Position numbers and translations under genes: made by a program
Shown here: positions 33,574 through 43,089 of the stretch, piece by piece
Layout of the letters: the number at the start of each line of letters is the position of its first letter
How positions within the stretch are numbered: the first letter of the stretch is position 1
NCBI GenBank assembly: GCA_963664015.2
Contig: CAXXLF010000002.1
Span: forward strand, 1,920,001 to 1,984,000
Direction of reading: 5' to 3'
Length of the DNA stretch: 64,000 bases
DNA from: Candidatus Binatia bacterium
Lineage (GTDB): Bacteria > Desulfobacterota > Binatia > UBA9968 > CAXXLF01
The notes under the pieces: model-generated
What the model saw: the letters and a program-made list of their open reading frames with translations, nothing else
What the model was told of the DNA's origin: nothing
Databases searched by the model: none

Positions 33574-34335
33574 ATGGAGCGTATGGAAGCCGAAGGCGAA
33601 ACGATTGATCAGGCCATAGAAGATGCCCTTAAGAAACTTGGGACAACACGCGATCGAGTCACGGTAGAGATCCTCGCGGAGGCCAGAAAAGGCGTCTTCG
33701 GAATCGGAGGACGAAAGGCTCGAGTACGCGCATCCCTGCGCAATGCCGTAATGATGGAGGAGCCGGACGACCCAATAGAACCGGTCCCCAAGAAAGCGTT
33801 GCCGGAGAAAGAGGTAGCGGCCGTCCGGGAGAAGGGCAAGGAGATCTTGGGAGAAATCGTGCGTCTCATAGGGGTCCAGGCCACGATTGAGGCAAAACCG
33901 GGTGACACACCCGAGGAAATTCTCCTGGATATTCACGGGGACAACGGGGGCCTCTTGATCGGGCGCAGGGGCCAGACCTTGGAGGCCCTGCAGTACATCC
34001 TGGCAAGGGTGGTTTGCGAAAAACAGGGTATAGACGGTGTCCAACTGGTAGTTGATACGGAGAACTACCTGGAGCGGAGGAAAAAGACCCTGGAGGATAT
34101 GGCCCTGAGGTTGGGAGAGAAGGCAAAAAGAAAAAGAACGACCGTTACCGTCGATTCACTAAGTGCTCGGGACCGGCGTATTGTCCACCTCGCCTTGGAG
34201 GACGACCCCTGGCTTACGACCAGTAGCCTCGGTAACGGGACATACCGCCGATTGCTCATCATTCCCGAGGGTGACCGTAAGAAAAAGAAACAAGAGGAAA
34301 AACCCGCTCCCAACGTCAAGTCCTCCAAGGGATGA
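33574..34335 (+). CDS. jag: RNA-binding protein Jag/KhpB/EloR
   Basis: Jag-N domain, KH LIGRRGQTLEALQ and R3H DRRIVH; follows yidC. Confidence 0.92.
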   Translation: MERMEAEGETIDQAIEDALKKLGTTRDRVTVEILAEARKGVFGIGGRKARVRASLRNAVMMEEPDDPIEPVPKKALPEKEVAAVREKGKEILGEIVRLIGVQATIEAKPGDTPEEILLDIHGDNGGLLIGRRGQTLEALQYILARVVCEKQGIDGVQLVVDTENYLERRKKTLEDMALRLGEKAKRKRTTVTVDSLSARDRRIVHLALEDDPWLTTSSLGNGTYRRLLIIPEGDRKKKKQEEKPAPNVKSSKG

Positions 34336-34358
34336 AGGGGAAGGCGGTGTGCGCCTTC

Positions 34359-34388
34359 TTGACAATCCGGATGGCCCGATTCTAGTAT
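34359..34388 (+). promoter_or_regulatory. Putative sigma70 promoter of the LLM gene
   Basis: TTGACA-18bp-TAGTAT. Confidence 0.55.
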
Positions 34389-34423
34389 CGGTCTCGATAA
34401 CGTCATTCCCACCAGTAACGATT

Positions 34424-35590
34424 ATGAAAATCTATAACTTCGACCTCCTCGCCTATCCGAAGGTTCCAACCGAAGCCCCTGGTACCCCGGTTCCCAACAG
34501 TTACTTTGAGCCTTCTGTAGGCGTTCAAAACTATCAGGAGCATCTCGATGAGATGGAGTACTGTGAAGAGCTCGGGTTCGAAGGTGTCGTTTTCAATGAG
34601 CATCACTACAGCGGTTACGGTATGATGCCATCGCCCAACTTGATTGCTGCGGCGCTCAGTCGGAAAACCAGTCGGATCAAGATCGGGATTTTGGGTAATG
34701 TCCTTCCGCTACGTCATCACCCGGTGCGTGTGGCTGAAGAGTACGCCATGCTCGACTGTCTGACCGAAGGGCGGCTGATCGCCGGGTTTGTTCGGGGAAT
34801 TCCTGCGGAATATCTCTGGTACCATATTGACCCGAAGGAGTCTCGAGGACGATTTGAAGAGGCTTATGAGCTAATCATGACCGCGTGGAGCCAGCCCGTT
34901 TGGAGTTACCATGGCAAGTATTTTCAACTCGAAAACTGTGCCATCTGGCCACGGCCCGTCCAGCAGCCCCATCCGCCGGTTTGGATTGCGGCGCGTAGCT
35001 CGGAGTCTATCGAGTGGTGTGTCAAACAGCGTAGGCCGGTAGCTCAGGTCTACCAGACAACAGGCCAGATCGAGGACACCTTTAACTATTATCGGAAGGT
35101 GGCCCTGGCCGGAGATTGGGAGGTTAGCCCCGAACAGTTTATATTGACTCGTCACATTTACGTTGATGAAACAAATGAGAAGGCCCGTCAGCTAGCCGAA
35201 CCTGCACTACGCTACTTTTTTACTCTGCTGAATCGTGGTTTTAACGAAGGTGCAAGCCAAGAGCCTGACCCGCGGCAGCAGATTAGGGCAGAGCTTTACA
35301 CAGATCGTTCCTTCAGCTATTTCCGGGAAGGTAATCGCGAGCGAATCGACTTCTCGAAACTCAGCTGGGACGAGCTCGACGAAGCGGGGTTTGTGATTGC
35401 GGGCAATCCTGACACTGTGGCACGAAAACTCAACGGTCAGATGGGTCAAGTGGGGGCCGATCATTTTATGGGAATGTTTCATATCGGTAACCTAAGTCAC
35501 CAAAAGGTCCTGTCCTCTCTCGATCTGTTCAAGAAAGAGGTGATGCCTCAGTTGGAAAACATGACCGCTGCTACTGACCATCGTCCGTAG
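34424..35590 (+). CDS. Luciferase-like monooxygenase (LLM) class oxidoreductase
   Basis: FNEHH, HPVRVAEEYAMLD, GRLIAGFVRG and PRPVQQPHPPVW motifs; start moved to ATG 34424. Confidence 0.9.
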   Translation: MKIYNFDLLAYPKVPTEAPGTPVPNSYFEPSVGVQNYQEHLDEMEYCEELGFEGVVFNEHHYSGYGMMPSPNLIAAALSRKTSRIKIGILGNVLPLRHHPVRVAEEYAMLDCLTEGRLIAGFVRGIPAEYLWYHIDPKESRGRFEEAYELIMTAWSQPVWSYHGKYFQLENCAIWPRPVQQPHPPVWIAARSSESIEWCVKQRRPVAQVYQTTGQIEDTFNYYRKVALAGDWEVSPEQFILTRHIYVDETNEKARQLAEPALRYFFTLLNRGFNEGASQEPDPRQQIRAELYTDRSFSYFREGNRERIDFSKLSWDELDEAGFVIAGNPDTVARKLNGQMGQVGADHFMGMFHIGNLSHQKVLSSLDLFKKEVMPQLENMTAATDHRP

Positions 35591-35647
35591 ATTCCCAAAT
35601 TACACAGGTAAAGCGATCGGGTCTGTTCCCGTATACCATTGGGCTCT

Positions 35648-36811
35648 ATGAAAATTGCATATTTTGATCTGATATCGGGGTTGAGCGGAGACATGACCGT
35701 GGGTGCCCTGCTCCATCTGGGACTCCCTCGTCAAAAACTGGCCCAGGAACTCGGCAAGCTGCGGGGTCTGAAATATCGCCTTGCGGTCAGTAAGAAGCCT
35801 GTCCATGGGATTCAAGCGACTCGCTTTCGGGTCACGGTCGCAGATGAAAGTCAGGAGCGGAGCTGGAAGCAGATCCAACGGCTGATCCAGGCGAGCTCTC
35901 TCAAGTCCGAGGTTAAGGAGCGGGGGCTGTATATCTTTGCCAAGCTGGCAGATGTGGAAGGAAAAATCCACGGTGTCCAACCTGATAAAGTCCATTTTCA
36001 TGAAGTGGGGGCTGTTGATTCAATCGTAGATATTATGGCCGTCGCCATAGGCACCCATTATCTGAAGATCGATTCCTTTGTATTCTCTCGTATTCCCCTT
36101 GGCCGAGGCCTGACGCGATCCAGACATGGCCCGTTACCTTTACCGGCGCCCGCCACGCTCGAACTTTTGAAAGGGATTCCTGTTCAATGGACCCAACTCG
36201 AGGGGGAAACCATCACCCCAACAGGCGCCGCTATCGTTCGCGCCCTGGCCTCTCATGTTGGAGAGTGTCCGCAGATGACCATTGAAAAGGTCGGTTATGG
36301 GGCAGGAGAAAGAGAGTTCCCAGACCGACCGAACCTGGTGCGGGTTCTCTTGGGTGAAAGAATCGGGGCCTGGGGCCAAGACGAGATGCTGGTCATGGAG
36401 ACAAACATCGACGACATGAACCCTGAGATCTACGACTATCTCTTGGACCGTCTGATTGCCAATGGGGCCCGTGACGTCTCTTTCTCACCGATCCAGATGA
36501 AGAAAAATCGGCCGGGGACCTTACTCCGGATTATTGCTGAGCCGTCGTCCAAGGATCGACTTGCGAAGATCGTTTTACATGAGAGTTCGGCTATCGGACT
36601 GCGTTATTACCCAGTGCAGCGTCTGGTTCTTAAACGGGTGTCCCTTGAGGTCAAGACCCGGTATGGAACCATTGGGGTAAAAGTCGTAGAAGAGCCCGAC
36701 GGTGGAAAACGGGCGACCCCCGAGTACGAAGATCTCAAAAAGATCGCCCGCATAAAAAAAGTCCCTCTCAAGACCCTATACGATGAAGTCGTGAAGAACT
36801 TTAAAAAATAG
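35648..36811 (+). CDS. larC: Nickel-pincer cofactor biosynthesis protein LarC
   Basis: SGLSGDM, VHFHEVGAVDSIVDI, TPTGAA, ETNIDDMNPE, MKKNRPG and PEYED motifs. Confidence 0.92.
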   Translation: MKIAYFDLISGLSGDMTVGALLHLGLPRQKLAQELGKLRGLKYRLAVSKKPVHGIQATRFRVTVADESQERSWKQIQRLIQASSLKSEVKERGLYIFAKLADVEGKIHGVQPDKVHFHEVGAVDSIVDIMAVAIGTHYLKIDSFVFSRIPLGRGLTRSRHGPLPLPAPATLELLKGIPVQWTQLEGETITPTGAAIVRALASHVGECPQMTIEKVGYGAGEREFPDRPNLVRVLLGERIGAWGQDEMLVMETNIDDMNPEIYDYLLDRLIANGARDVSFSPIQMKKNRPGTLLRIIAEPSSKDRLAKIVLHESSAIGLRYYPVQRLVLKRVSLEVKTRYGTIGVKVVEEPDGGKRATPEYEDLKKIARIKKVPLKTLYDEVVKNFKK

Positions 36812-36831
36812 ATGCGGGGCTAGACTGTCCC

Positions 36832-37569
36832 TTAGGCCTTCCTTATCAAATTCACTAGAGTGTCCAATCCGATTTTCTCTTGAAATAGCTTGCTGAGCAG
36901 AGGGCCGTTCAGTAGTGGGATGACGGCTTGCGGTGTTGACTGTTCTATGTAAGGGATCTCTCCAATGCAGGGGGCTTGAGCTAATTCACGAAGTGTTGGC
37001 AGGTTATTCTGGGCTGCAAGAGATGACCGGCCCTCCAAATCGTTGAGGATGTACCCCAGGATTTTTAGTCCAAGGCAAGAGGCGTGTTCTAAGGTGAGGA
37101 GGCAGTGGTTCAGCGCACCCAACCGATTGCCGACGACCACAACGATAGGCAGTTCCAGATGGCGGGCAAGATCCGCATAGGTGAATCGACTGTTGAGCGG
37201 CACCAGGAGTCCACCGGCCCCCTCGACGATCGTGACATCATAAGAATGGCTGATCTCACCGTAAAGTCGGGAGAGAAGTGACAGTTCAATCGCCGCCCCG
37301 TTTCGTTGGGCTGCGACACCGGGGGCAAGGGGATCTGAAAAACGATAGGGACAGATCCTGTCAAGCAGTTGGTCGCGGCCCGAGGCCTGTTGGAGGTAAA
37401 AGGCGTCCATGGGAAAGAGAGCACCGTCCCTCTTTTCACAACCAGTCTCGGCGGGTTTCATGACCCCGATTCTGTAACCCAGGTCCCGCAGTGCGTAGGC
37501 AAGGCCACAGGCAACCAGCGTTTTTCCCACGCCGGTGTCGGTGCCGGTAATCAGAACCCCTCTGCCCAT
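36832..37569 (-). CDS. bioD: Dethiobiotin synthase
   Basis: ITGTDTGVGKT, KPAETG and EGAGG motifs. Confidence 0.95.
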   Translation of the reverse strand: MGRGVLITGTDTGVGKTLVACGLAYALRDLGYRIGVMKPAETGCEKRDGALFPMDAFYLQQASGRDQLLDRICPYRFSDPLAPGVAAQRNGAAIELSLLSRLYGEISHSYDVTIVEGAGGLLVPLNSRFTYADLARHLELPIVVVVGNRLGALNHCLLTLEHASCLGLKILGYILNDLEGRSSLAAQNNLPTLRELAQAPCIGEIPYIEQSTPQAVIPLLNGPLLSKLFQEKIGLDTLVNLIRKA

Positions 37570-38927
37570 TATCCCTCTGTTACAGTCTTGATGGATTGAT
37601 ATATGACGTCGGTCAGGAGCTTTATCTCGTCTTCCGAGATAGCCAGCGGTGGCATCAACACGATGACGTCTCCCAGGGGTCTTACAATCACGCCTCTTCG
37701 TCTGGCCTCTAGGACCACCTTATGGCCCATACGTTCTTCTGAGGAATATGCGGTCAGGGTAGACTTGTCCTCGACCAATTCGATACCAACCATAAAGCCC
37801 CACTGGCGTACGTCTCCTACATGGGCCAGGGGACGAAAATCATCTTCGAGTCTACGTTGAAGGTAGAGGATCTTGGACTGCATCATTTCCAGGGTCTTAT
37901 CGGTTTGAAAAATATCGAGGTTAGCCAGGCCAAGGGCGCATCCCAGCGAATTCCCGGTGTAGGTGTGGCCGTGAAAAAAGCTTTTGAATTCTCCATATTC
38001 CCCGAGAAAGGCCGAGAAAACCTCCTCAGTAGCCAGAGTGGCTGCCAGTGGTAGATAGCCGCCGGACAGTCCCTTGGCAAGACACAGGAGATCCGGCGTG
38101 ACCCCTTCATGTTCGCAGGCGAATAACCGGCCGGTGCGTCCAAAACCCGTAGCCACTTCATCGACGATGAGTAGGATTTTGTGATCCCGGCAGATCTCAC
38201 GTAAGGCACGGAGGTAGCCAGCCGGTTGCGACCACATACCGGCTGCACCCTGCATCAGCGGTTCCACGATGAGGGCCGCCAGTGAATCCCGCTCTTTTGA
38301 AATATTTTCCTCAGCTTCCTGGATAGCTGCCTTTAAGGCTTCCTGTTCATCCATCCTGTGGAAGTAACGAAACACATGAGGGGGATTGATACGCAGGGTA
38401 GGGAAGAGAAGTGGGCGATAGAAACGGTGCAGGGTCTCGGAATAACCTAAGCTCACGGCACCCATTGTATCCCCGTGGTAGGCTTCCGCCAGGGAGACGA
38501 ACCGGGTGCGTTTCGTTTCTCCTTTGAGTTGCCAGTATTGGAAAGCCATCCGCAGCGCCACCTCCACTGCAGTGGCTCCGTTATCCGAATAAAAGACCCG
38601 TTGGAGTCCTGGGGGTGCCACTTCAATGAGTCTTTGCGCGAGCCGGATACCCGGGGCATGACTGAGCCCGAGGAAGGTGGAGTGAGCGATGCGGTCTAAC
38701 TGGTGCTTAAGGGCATCATCGAGTTCTTGCCGGCGGTGGCCGTGGAGATTACACCACAGGGAGGACACCCCATCGATGAATTTCCTCCCCTGCAGGTCCA
38801 CCAGTATGCTTCCCTCCCCCCTTTCGATGATGCATGGTTCCTCTTCCATCCATTCCTGCATCTGGGTAAAGGGATGCCAGAGATAGGTGTGGTCTAGTTT
38901 CTTGAGTTCATTATAATTGTCGTTCAT
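37569..38927 (-). CDS. bioA: Adenosylmethionine-8-amino-7-oxononanoate aminotransferase
   Basis: LWHPFTQM, YHGDT, DEVATGFGRTG, AKGLSGGYLP and HGHTYTGN motifs. Confidence 0.95.
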   Translation of the reverse strand: MNDNYNELKKLDHTYLWHPFTQMQEWMEEEPCIIERGEGSILVDLQGRKFIDGVSSLWCNLHGHRRQELDDALKHQLDRIAHSTFLGLSHAPGIRLAQRLIEVAPPGLQRVFYSDNGATAVEVALRMAFQYWQLKGETKRTRFVSLAEAYHGDTMGAVSLGYSETLHRFYRPLLFPTLRINPPHVFRYFHRMDEQEALKAAIQEAEENISKERDSLAALIVEPLMQGAAGMWSQPAGYLRALREICRDHKILLIVDEVATGFGRTGRLFACEHEGVTPDLLCLAKGLSGGYLPLAATLATEEVFSAFLGEYGEFKSFFHGHTYTGNSLGCALGLANLDIFQTDKTLEMMQSKILYLQRRLEDDFRPLAHVGDVRQWGFMVGIELVEDKSTLTAYSSEERMGHKVVLEARRRGVIVRPLGDVIVLMPPLAISEDEIKLLTDVIYQSIKTVTEG

Positions 38928-40089
38928 GTTTTATCTTGACGTCCTTGAAGGCCGCGAGTGCCCGGTCCAATTGTTCCTGAGTATGCGTGGCCATAGGGGT
39001 GATGCGCAGCCGAGAGGTGCCGGAGGGCACCGTTGGGGGGCGGATACCCTGTGCATAGACTCCAAGGTTCAAAAGGTCTTGTGCAAAGCCCATGCACTGC
39101 TGGGTCTTTCCGATCATGAGCGGGAGGATCTGGCTGGAAGTTTGACCCAATGAGAGACCTAGAGACTGAAGCCCGTCTTTAAGAATTTGACAGTTGCGCC
39201 ATAGGGTCTTCCGTCTATGAGGTTCAGTGCTCACGAGGCCGATGGCGCTGATGGCCATGGCGATAATCGCTGGGGGGAGCGAAGTGCTAAAGATAAAACT
39301 ACGGCATCGATTAATGAGTAGATCGACCAGATCCCGACTCCCGGCCACATAGGCGCCAAATCCACCCAGGGCCTTGCCGAGGGTTCCCATCTGCACTGAG
39401 ATCCGGCCATTTAACCCGGACTCTTCCACCACCCCTGCGCCACTAGGACCGAATATGCCTGTGGCGTGGGCTTCATCAACCATGACCATGGCGCCGTGGG
39501 CTTCTGCTAGGCTCACGATGTTTTTGAGCGGGGCCGTGTCTCCGTCCATACTAAATACCGTCTCCGTGACAATCAACCTTTGGCCACTCTCAGAGGATGC
39601 CTTGAGTGCCGATTCCAAATGGTTCAGGTCCAAATGGCGATAGACGATAACTTTCGCTCGTGAAAGTCGGCAACCATCGATGATGCTAGCGTGGTTCAGG
39701 GCGTCGCTGAAGATGGTATCCCCTGGGCCAACCAAAGAGGAAAGGATGCCAATATTGGCCTGATACCCTGAATTGAAGACCAGGGCGGCCTCGGTCCCTT
39801 TCCAATGGGCCAGGCTCTCCTCCAGTTCCCCGTGCAGGACCGTGTTGCCGGAAATGAGACGCGAAGCGCCGGAGCCACAACCGTATTTATCTATAGCCTG
39901 CCTGGCCGCTGCTGCCAGTGCCGGGTGGTTGGCCAGTCCCAGATAATTGTTCGAGGAAAGATTCAATACCTCTTGGCCTTCGAGGAGGATGGATGGACCC
40001 TGTTCCCCCTCCACTTGCCTGAGCCGTCGGTAAAGCCCCTGACGCCTAATATCCGCCAGCTCCTGAGCGATAAATTTCGCGAGCATCAT
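38911..40089 (-). CDS. bioF: 8-amino-7-oxononanoate synthase
   Basis: SSNNYLGLA, GSGASRL, NHASIIDG, DEAHA and GTLGKALG motifs; clustered with bioA and bioD. Confidence 0.93.
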   Translation of the reverse strand: MMLAKFIAQELADIRRQGLYRRLRQVEGEQGPSILLEGQEVLNLSSNNYLGLANHPALAAAARQAIDKYGCGSGASRLISGNTVLHGELEESLAHWKGTEAALVFNSGYQANIGILSSLVGPGDTIFSDALNHASIIDGCRLSRAKVIVYRHLDLNHLESALKASSESGQRLIVTETVFSMDGDTAPLKNIVSLAEAHGAMVMVDEAHATGIFGPSGAGVVEESGLNGRISVQMGTLGKALGGFGAYVAGSRDLVDLLINRCRSFIFSTSLPPAIIAMAISAIGLVSTEPHRRKTLWRNCQILKDGLQSLGLSLGQTSSQILPLMIGKTQQCMGFAQDLLNLGVYAQGIRPPTVPSGTSRLRITPMATHTQEQLDRALAAFKDVKIKHERQL

Positions 40090-40229
40090 AACTAATTAGT
40101 ATAGGCTATGGGGTTTATCAACGGGTGGTATTTCCCAGGTGCCGTTGCCCTGCCACGGGTCGACAACAGGGAATTGGCTGAGGGTAATTAGGTTCGGAAT
40201 GAAGCAAAAACCGGAGGCGAGGCCATTTG

Positions 40230-40387
40230 GGCCCAGCATGAGCCCGTTGAGCGTAAACTGCATACAAAATATACTTTTCCCGATCCCGGGCTCGCCCGTA
40301 ACGAGGTATGATTTGCAAGCAGGCAGTCCTCCCCCGAGCAAGGGATCAAGACCAGGGATACCTGTGGAAATCCGTTCCCCCCCCCAT
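40230..40387 (-). pseudogene. 5' remnant of a KaiC/RAD55-like ATPase
   Basis: ERISTGIPGLDPLLGGGLP...LVTGEPGIGKSIFCMQF (Walker A). The ATG is out of frame across a 9-G run and similarity ends after about 50 codons. Confidence 0.75.
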
Positions 40388-40433
40388 TTAAATAATATAT
40401 TACCAATTTTAGCCGAGGCTGGAAAGTTTCTAT

Positions 40434-40462
40434 TTGAAACAAGGCCTTACAGAGGCTAAAAT
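40434..40462 (+). promoter_or_regulatory. Putative sigma70 promoter of hisC (likely leaderless)
   Basis: TTGAAA-17bp-TAAAAT, 8 nt before the ATG. Confidence 0.6.
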
Positions 40463-40470
40463 CGTGCCAA

Positions 40471-41529
40471 ATGGCATTTTTTCTAAGAAGAAACATCGCT
40501 GCTCTTGATGGGTACAGTCCGGGCGAACAACCACAAGATGCTAATATTATTAAACTTAATACTAACGAGAATCCATACCCTCCGTCGCCCCGGGTCCTGA
40601 CGGCGTTACGTAAGGCAGCGAATCATTCCTTGCGGCTCTACCCGGAACCGCTGGCGGACAGTCTGAGGGCTAAGGTGGCCGCTATTTATCGGGTTAATCC
40701 AATAAATGTGCTCGCTGGGAACGGATCCGACGAGCTTTTGACCATTATTGCACGATGTGTGGTCGGCCAGGGAGACCGCGTGGTCTATTCGGTTCCAACC
40801 TATAGCCTCTATGACACTTTAGTGGCCATTCAGGAAGGCGAAAGGGTCGCGATTCCGTATCCTGATGATTTTTCGCTGCCCGAAGCGCTTTACTCTCAGA
40901 AGGGTGCCCTGACACTTTTGTGCAATCCCAATTCCCCGTCGGGTACCCTAACCCCCCTGGACCAGGTGGAGCGATTGGCGCAGTCTGTCGCGGGCCTACT
41001 AGTGGTGGATGAGGCCTACATCGATTTTGCCGATGGGGAAGGTCATTCGGCCCTCCCGTTGATCAATCGGTATCCCAATCTCGTTGTTTTGAGAACCTTC
41101 TCCAAATCGTTCTCCCTGGCGGGGATGCGGATTGGACTCGCCTTTGCCGCGGAGGATGTAATCCGAGGCATGCTCAAGGTTAAAGACTCCTACAATATGA
41201 GTCGTCTCAGCCTGGTGTCGGCGATGGCAGCGCTGGAAGATTTTCCCTGGATGCAACGGAATGTGGCAAAGATTCAATCTACGCGTAAACGGCTCACCGC
41301 GGCTTTGAAAAGGCTCGGCTTAACCGTACATCCCTCTCAAGCCAATTTTGTCATGGCTCGAGAATCTGGCACCGAGTTAAAAGGGATCTTTCAGGAATTG
41401 AAAAAACGGGGGATCCTAGTGCGTTACTTTGATGTACCGGGCCTTCGCGACGCACTGAGAATCAGTGTGGGAACGCCGAAGGAGATATCGAGCCTGATTC
41501 GGGAGATGTCAACCCTCTTAAAACCGTAA
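40471..41529 (+). CDS. hisC: Histidinol-phosphate aminotransferase
   Basis: KLNTNENPYPPS, GNGSDE, NPNSPSG, DEAY and RTFSKSFSLAGMRIG motifs. Confidence 0.95.
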   Translation: MAFFLRRNIAALDGYSPGEQPQDANIIKLNTNENPYPPSPRVLTALRKAANHSLRLYPEPLADSLRAKVAAIYRVNPINVLAGNGSDELLTIIARCVVGQGDRVVYSVPTYSLYDTLVAIQEGERVAIPYPDDFSLPEALYSQKGALTLLCNPNSPSGTLTPLDQVERLAQSVAGLLVVDEAYIDFADGEGHSALPLINRYPNLVVLRTFSKSFSLAGMRIGLAFAAEDVIRGMLKVKDSYNMSRLSLVSAMAALEDFPWMQRNVAKIQSTRKRLTAALKRLGLTVHPSQANFVMARESGTELKGIFQELKKRGILVRYFDVPGLRDALRISVGTPKEISSLIREMSTLLKP

Positions 41530-41588
41530 CCATCGACCCGGTGGCGTTCCTCCACCCAACGGGGAAGAAATAATGGACGCCTAAGGCT

Positions 41589-42905
41589 TTATGGTTTTCT
41601 AGCCTCTTCGAACCTTATCTTAACAATTCGTTGCCCCTCCATATCCACGATGGTGAGCCTGTAGTTGTCGTGCTCCACTCGTTCCCCGCCCCGGGGGATC
41701 CGCTTCAACTTGCCCAGCACGAAACCGGCCAGGGTGTGGTACTCGGGGGATTCTTCGAAGGGAATCCCGTAATCGGAGCGCAGGTCCTTGAGCAGGGCCG
41801 AACCTTGAATGACCAGGGAGCCGTCGGGCAGGCGGTCCACCGGGCCCCGCTCTTCGGCGTCATACTCGTCGCGGATTTCGCCTACAATCTCTTCTAACAG
41901 GTCCTCGATGGTGGCCAGTCCTTCGACCTCACCGAATTCATTAACTACAATGGCCATCGCGATTCTTTTGCGCTGCAGGTCTTTTAGAAACTGACTAATG
42001 GGGAGAGATCCGGGGATAAAAAAGGGCGGGTGCAGGTGATCCTGTATCTCGAAAGTCTCCTTTTCTTGCAGCGCGCGGAAGAGATCTTTGTGGTACAGGA
42101 TGCCGAGAATGTGGTCCATCGTCTCATCGTAAACCGGAATGCGAGAGAAGCCACTTTCCACGAAGCTCTTGAGCACATCATCGGGAGGTGTCTTGATATC
42201 GAGGGCGTGGATCTCGGTCCTGGGAACCATGACCGCCTTGACCGGAGTGTCGACGAATTCAAAGACGCTATGAATAAGCTCCTTTTCGGTTTCGTCGAAG
42301 ATTCCCGTAGCGGCGCCCTCCCGGATCAAGGACTTCACCTCCTCTTCCGAGACAAAGCTGGTTCCGGTGCCATCTTTGCCACCACCAAAGAGCCAGAGCA
42401 CCAGGTTGCTCGAACCGGTAAGCGTACTGACGAGAAAAGAGGTCATTCTGGCGAGGAGGTCGATGGGCCGAGCCACGAAGAAGGCGATCTGCTCTGAGAA
42501 TCGCAGGGCCAGCGACTTGGGGACTAATTCACCTAAGACCAGGGAAAAGTATGCGATGGGAATCACGACGGTCATAATGGAGATGGATTTCGCCGAATCG
42601 GCAAGCCATGGCAGATCCAAGGATGTGATTATGGGTGTAAGAAATTCCACTGCAGCAGCACCACCGATGGCAGAGGCCAGCGTCCCAACGATCGTGATAC
42701 CGATCTGAACCGTGGCCAGGAAGCGATCCGGGTCGTCCTTCAGCCGAGCAACTACGGCTGCGGAACCGACTCCCTTTTCCAGTAGCGCATCAATCCGTGT
42801 TTTACGGGTTGCAATGATTGCGATCTCGGAAGCCGCAAAAAAGCCATTGGCCAAAATCAGGCCAAAGATTAGCATCGCTACGAGCCAAAAGCTCTCTAGG
42901 AACAT
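41589..42905 (-). CDS. HlyC/CorC (CNNM) family transporter: DUF21-CBS-CorC
   Basis: NGFFAASEIA, FLATVQIGIT, GELVPK, FSRIPVY and EDLLEEIVGEI motifs. Confidence 0.93.
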   Translation of the reverse strand: MFLESFWLVAMLIFGLILANGFFAASEIAIIATRKTRIDALLEKGVGSAAVVARLKDDPDRFLATVQIGITIVGTLASAIGGAAAVEFLTPIITSLDLPWLADSAKSISIMTVVIPIAYFSLVLGELVPKSLALRFSEQIAFFVARPIDLLARMTSFLVSTLTGSSNLVLWLFGGGKDGTGTSFVSEEEVKSLIREGAATGIFDETEKELIHSVFEFVDTPVKAVMVPRTEIHALDIKTPPDDVLKSFVESGFSRIPVYDETMDHILGILYHKDLFRALQEKETFEIQDHLHPPFFIPGSLPISQFLKDLQRKRIAMAIVVNEFGEVEGLATIEDLLEEIVGEIRDEYDAEERGPVDRLPDGSLVIQGSALLKDLRSDYGIPFEESPEYHTLAGFVLGKLKRIPRGGERVEHDNYRLTIVDMEGQRIVKIRFEEARKP

Positions 42906-43089
42906 AGAAAGGTCTCCTGTTGTTTGGGTAGAAAATCGGGGCTTGAAGATTGATTGGGGTCCACGTGAGGTCTGTGTGGAACAGCTAGGGTGGCTCCACT
43001 CACCTATATATTAAAATCTATGTCTCTAGAGGGGGAAAAACAAGTCCTTTATTCTGGCCCTATGGACTTGAAGGAAGTATGATAGTCCG

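Noticed and set aside
34163-34423. N-terminal extensions given by the ORF track for the LLM gene (also jag 33376, cofG 46604, npdG 51633, NRDE 7060)
   Set aside because: They overlap upstream genes or promoters; family motifs begin at the downstream starts used here.
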